Source of the DNA: a bacterium
GTDB lineage: Bacteria; UBA8248
NCBI GenBank assembly: GCA_965207065.1
Contig: OZ242260.1
Coordinates: forward strand, 1,696,001-1,760,000
Length of the DNA: 64,000 nucleotides
Direction: 5' to 3'
Shown here: piece after piece, positions 59,999 to 64,000 of the stretch
Layout of the letters: each line of letters opens with the position of its first letter
How positions within the stretch are numbered: position 1 is the stretch's first letter
Position numbers and translations under genes: made by a program
Notes under the pieces: generated by a model
What the model was told of the DNA's origin: nothing
Databases searched by the model: none
What the model saw: the letters and a program-made list of their open reading frames with translations, nothing else

Positions 59999-61165
59999 AT
60001 GCCACTCCTCCAGGGTCTGAAGGTCATCGACGCCAGCCAGTTCAACGCCGGTCCCATCGTTTCCCTATATCTTGCGGGCTATGGCGCCGAGGTCATCAAG
60101 GTGGAGCGTCCCGGCGGGGAGGACAGCCGCGCCATCGGTCCATATAAAAACGGCGAGAGCAGCTATTTCATGAGCTTAAACCGCGGCAAGCGCTCCATCA
60201 CGCTGGACCTCAAAAAACCAGAAGGCGTGGAGGTATTCAGGAATCTCTGCCGGGAGGCGGACGTTCTGGTGGAAAACCTCCTCCCGGGCGTGATGGACCG
60301 CCTGGGCGTCGGCTGGGAGGCCCTGAGGGCGGATAACCCCCGGCTCGTATACGCCGCGGTGTCCGGCTTCGGCCAGAGCGGGAAAAACGCCAAGCGCCCC
60401 GCCTTCGACAGCCTCTTACAAGCCGCGGGCGGCCTCATCAGCGTGACGGGGCCTGCGGGCGGGGAACCCGTGCGCGTGGGCGTCTCGATTGTCGACGTAA
60501 CCAGCGGACTTTACTTGCTTTCCGGGATTCTCACCGCGCTCCTCCAGAGGGAGCGCACCGGTGAGGGCGCCCGCGTGGACGCCTCGATGATGGGCGCGAC
60601 CGTCAACATCATGGAAAACCCCGTGTCGCGCCACGCCTTCACCGGCCAAGTGCCTGAACCGGAAGGACTTTCCCACCCGGTGGTCTCTCCCTTCTCGGGC
60701 TACCGCACAAGGGACGGCCTCATATACGTGGCCATCTCGAACACGAACCGCTACCGCGTATTCGTCGAAGCCATTGATAAACCTGCGCTTGCGGACGATC
60801 CCCGCTTCCGCGAAAATAAGGATCGCGTGGCGAACGACGCCGCCCTGCGCGAAATTCTCGAGGACGTCCTTACCCGGAAGACGACCGCCGAGTGGGAGGA
60901 ACTCCTTATTCCTCAAGGGGTTACGGTCAGCGCCATCAACGACGTCGCCCAGGTCAAGGAGCGCTTCCCCGAGGCCTTCGTCGAGGTCGACCACCCCGTT
61001 GCGGGGCCGGGCCTCCTGCCCGCTTCCCCGGTTGCGTTCGGCGGCGTAACGCCTGATTTATCAAAGCCTTCGCCGGTGCTGGGCGAGCACACCGGGGAGA
61101 TTCTGGCCGAGGTCGGCTACGCTGCGGACGAAATCGCCCGCCTGCGCGCCGATGGTGTCGTGTAA
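59999..61165 (+). CDS. CaiB/BaiF family III CoA transferase
   Basis: GAEVIKVERP, NRGKRSITLDLK, SGFGQSG and PVLGEHT. Confidence 0.92.
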   Translation: MPLLQGLKVIDASQFNAGPIVSLYLAGYGAEVIKVERPGGEDSRAIGPYKNGESSYFMSLNRGKRSITLDLKKPEGVEVFRNLCREADVLVENLLPGVMDRLGVGWEALRADNPRLVYAAVSGFGQSGKNAKRPAFDSLLQAAGGLISVTGPAGGEPVRVGVSIVDVTSGLYLLSGILTALLQRERTGEGARVDASMMGATVNIMENPVSRHAFTGQVPEPEGLSHPVVSPFSGYRTRDGLIYVAISNTNRYRVFVEAIDKPALADDPRFRENKDRVANDAALREILEDVLTRKTTAEWEELLIPQGVTVSAINDVAQVKERFPEAFVEVDHPVAGPGLLPASPVAFGGVTPDLSKPSPVLGEHTGEILAEVGYAADEIARLRADGVV

Positions 61166-61243
61166 TCGCGGTAACCCATCAGTAAACAACCATTTGTCGA
61201 AGAACGCCCCTGGCCTCTGACGGGCGGGGGGAGCAGACTCATC

Positions 61244-61626
61244 CGCGCATCCTGCCCCGCAACTGCCCGCATTTGCGCACACCCCGCCTCCGCTGTTCCC
61301 CGCATTTGCGCGCATTTGCCCTCGTTAATTTTCAGGTATTTACGGAAAAACCCCGTGAATTTATCGATATTTACGGAATTGTTTGCTTATTCCTGAGGGC
61401 GTTGCAGAGGTGTTCCTGTGCGCTGCGGCCGAGCTCTTTGGATGCCGGTTCTTCTCATGGTTCTTCCCGATTCGATTTGCGGTGCCGGGTGTGGCTTCCC
61501 GGATCATTCATGCTGCAAGCTCATACAGGCCGTCCGCCAGCGCGTCCTTTCTCAGGGCGCTGGCCGTGGTGTATTCTGCACGCGCGCGCGGATTCGGCGC
61601 GACGCGCAACTGCGGGCAAATGCGGA
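61244..61626 (-). repeat. dispersed non-coding element, copy 2 (inverted relative to copy 1)
   Basis: 61593-61626 is the exact reverse complement of 49097-49130. Confidence 0.65.
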
Positions 61627-61704
61627 CACGAACCCGACGGAGGAGGGAGGGTTCAAGGCAGGGAAGGATGAGGCGGTTCTCTCGCATCAACCGGGCTTTC
61701 ACCT

Positions 61705-61775
61705 GTAGGGGCCGCATATATGCGGCCCATGACGGGCGGCGAAAAAAGGCCGGGTCGCATGTATGCGACCCCTAC
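61705..61775. repeat. inverted pair of GTAG-type REPs
   Basis: GTAGGGGCCGCATATATGCGGCCC ... GGGTCGCATGTATGCGACCCCTAC. Confidence 0.75.
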
Positions 61776-61822
61776 ACCCCCGCTCCTCAGGGGGAAAGAA
61801 CGCCGCCCCCGGGAGTATCAAC

Positions 61823-62236
61823 ATGCTCATCGTGAACGAGAGGCTCCGCATCCCCTTGCGCGAAATCCACTTCCAGTTCGCGCGAAGCTCCGGCCCCGGC
61901 GGGCAGAACGTCAACAAGGTCTCCTCCAAGGCGGTGCTGCGCTGGAACATGGCCGCCTCGCCGAGCGCGCCCGAGGGCGTGAAGGCGAGGCTCCGCGCGC
62001 TCCACCCGCGCCGCGTGACGCGCGAGGGCCACGTGGTCATCGCGAGCAGCCGCTTCCGCGACCAGGGCCGGAACGTCGCCGACTGCCTTGAGAAGCTGCG
62101 CGCCGCCCTCGCCGCCGCCGCCGACCCGCCCCGGCCGCGCCGCCCCACGCGCCCCACCCGCGGGTCGCAAGAAAAACGCTTGCAGGATAAACGCGCCCGC
62201 AGCGATAAGAAGAAGATGAGAGGGAAGGTGGAGTAG
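61823..62236 (+). CDS. arfB: alternative ribosome rescue peptidyl-tRNA hydrolase ArfB
   Basis: RSSGPGGQNVNKV, RDQGRN and basic tail RRPTRPT..KRLQDK. Confidence 0.92.
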   Translation: MLIVNERLRIPLREIHFQFARSSGPGGQNVNKVSSKAVLRWNMAASPSAPEGVKARLRALHPRRVTREGHVVIASSRFRDQGRNVADCLEKLRAALAAAADPPRPRRPTRPTRGSQEKRLQDKRARSDKKKMRGKVE

Positions 62237-62242
62237 GGGGTG

Positions 62243-64000
62243 TTAGGGTAAAGGCGTCTCGTCACCGTTTAACATTTCATCGACATATGGAAATTGGCGT
62301 TCTAGGATTTCAAGTAGTCTCACGCCAACACTTGTTGTGAGTCGACGCAAGTCATAGAAATCAAGTACGATTCTCAAATGATCTTCCGAACCATGTTTGA
62401 TATCATCTATTCGGTCTTCAAGTAAGCGGCGCGCGACAAGTTGTAGTTCACTCGGTGGTATTTCATTAAACTCCCGGGTTCCTCGTTCGCGAACGACGAC
62501 TGGGGACACATCCGGTAACCGAACAATAGAATAAAGTAAACCACCTTTACTTGACTCATCCTCTTTGATTATTAGCTTATTTCGAATCGCGTGTTGAAGA
62601 GATCGATTCATTACTTTTTTCAGTTCTCCTCCCATCCTTTTTATTCCACAACCGCGCAAGTAAATGTCGTAGGTGCGTTTTGCGAGAACCGGTCCCTCAT
62701 CCTTGATGATTCGACATAGCCCTTCGGCCACTTGAGAGGGGTTTGTATAACGTGGGTCGGGTCCAGCCACGCCTTCAAAATTGACATACGGCGCAGGAAA
62801 ATTTTCAAACTGGATTTCTATCTTTTCATCCGGCACATCAGACTGTGTTGATACTTTCAGTTCTGTTTCATTAAGCCCTGGATAAAACGGAGAGGGGATT
62901 GATTTCTCAGGTTTCAGGTCTGTTGTCTCCGGCGCTTTTTCGTCAGGGTAATCCGCGGGCGGAGGAATGCGCGGTTCTATAGGTAACGGGGCCGGTGGCT
63001 CTGCCGCTTTTAGTTCGATCCCTCCCGGGCGGATTCCTAAACCTTCGAGTTCAGTCCATAAAGGATCCAAGGCTTGGCGTTTATTTCTGTAGAAGTCACC
63101 GCCGCGAACTCGTACGAACTGCCAGCCTGCTCGCTCCAAATCGCGTTGGCGAGCCATGTCTTGTTCGTATCGGTCAGGGCCATGCCATTGTTCGCCATCG
63201 CATTCAACGGCAAGCCGCCCCTGCATTCCCTCAACAACGAGGTCGATACGGTAGCGATGATTCGTAGTATCACCAACGCCGACTTGGGTGCGCACATGAA
63301 AGCCTCGTTCTGTAATCTCATCGAATACATCCCGCTCGAAATTAGAGTCGAAACTCAGGTTCTCATGGAGATTGGGTTGACGTGTAGGATCATGCACGTA
63401 TTGAAGCAGTTTGTAGCGCATACATTGAGGACTCAGGACATCAAGTTGAGCAGTGTGAAAGAGCCAAAGCTGGTCCATAGCTCGACTCGCGGCTACGTTG
63501 AATCGTTGACGGGCGGAATCGTTTGACAATGTCCCAATTCGGGTTTCTCCTGGTGCCGCTACCATGCTTAGGAAAATAACATTGCGTTCATCCCCCTGAA
63601 ACGCATAGGCGTCGCCACAAATCAGGAGTCGCTCGTCGATTTCCTCAAGCTCCAACTCTTCCAACAGCGCTTGTTCAATCAACTTTGCTTGAGCCTCTCC
63701 TTGTAGGCTGATAACGCCCATAGTGAGTCCTTGGTAGCGTGGATCCTTTATACAGGCTGCAACCTGAGCGACGATTGCATTGGCCTCCGGACGGTTAATG
63801 GCGCGTTGGGGACTGCCTTCTCTATAACCTTCTGAAACATGACGAAGCACAAGCGGTTCGAGACGATTCCCTTGGTAAGCACGTATTGGGTCAAGAGGTG
63901 TTCCGTTGCTCGCATAGCAGAGATCATTTGAGAACTGGATAATCTCGGGCATACAGCGAAAATGTTCACGTAGCACGATATTGGAGTTGAAACGAATTTT
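62243..64000 (-). CDS. SF1 (DNA2/NAM7-like) helicase C-terminus fused to a Vsr-like PD-(D/E)xK nuclease; 5'-truncated
   Basis: LREHFRC, FQGDERNVI, RFNVAASRA, FDSNFE, RIDLVV..AVECDG and RQRDLERAGW; AT-richer than the flank. Confidence 0.82.
   Translation of the reverse strand, partial: KIRFNSNIVLREHFRCMPEIIQFSNDLCYASNGTPLDPIRAYQGNRLEPLVLRHVSEGYREGSPQRAINRPEANAIVAQVAACIKDPRYQGLTMGVISLQGEAQAKLIEQALLEELELEEIDERLLICGDAYAFQGDERNVIFLSMVAAPGETRIGTLSNDSARQRFNVAASRAMDQLWLFHTAQLDVLSPQCMRYKLLQYVHDPTRQPNLHENLSFDSNFERDVFDEITERGFHVRTQVGVGDTTNHRYRIDLVVEGMQGRLAVECDGEQWHGPDRYEQDMARQRDLERAGWQFVRVRGGDFYRNKRQALDPLWTELEGLGIRPGGIELKAAEPPAPLPIEPRIPPPADYPDEKAPETTDLKPEKSIPSPFYPGLNETELKVSTQSDVPDEKIEIQFENFPAPYVNFEGVAGPDPRYTNPSQVAEGLCRIIKDEGPVLAKRTYDIYLRGCGIKRMGGELKKVMNRSLQHAIRNKLIIKEDESSKGGLLYSIVRLPDVSPVVVRERGTREFNEIPPSELQLVARRLLEDRIDDIKHGSEDHLRIVLDFYDLRRLTTSVGVRLLEILERQFPYVDEMLNGDETPLP

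Overview
This is a mostly GC-rich bacterial chromosomal window from a diderm (it encodes TolC and a lipoprotein). It is dominated by solute uptake and catabolism: an Aap/Bzt amino-acid ABC operon, three NitT/TauT-type ABC systems, an MFS, two SulP paralogues, and ThDP, BKACE x2, cyclase, M24, TauD, M20, triple-RidA and CoA-transferase enzymes. It also holds two type II toxin-antitoxin pairs, selA/selB in an AT-richer block, arfB, and the 3' part of an SF1 helicase-nuclease gene. The main highlights are five. (1) A tandem array of eight paralogous exported ~160-aa FN3-like proteins (41.8-46.6 kb) has a conserved framework and hypervariable positions, and is organised in three duplicated promoter modules. 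The third module has lost its gene and now precedes a TolC plus a PAS-fused adaptor belonging to a split MacAB-type exporter. (2) The ORF track missed a UGA-recoded UGSC-family selenoprotein at the window start, with a SECIS-like hairpin. (3) Two gene-end duplications (aapP and a GNAT gene) flank ABC transporter cassettes. (4) There is a single-chain triple RidA. (5) Several nested palindromic and MITE-like repeat families are present. All calls come from reading motifs by eye; no database searches were run.
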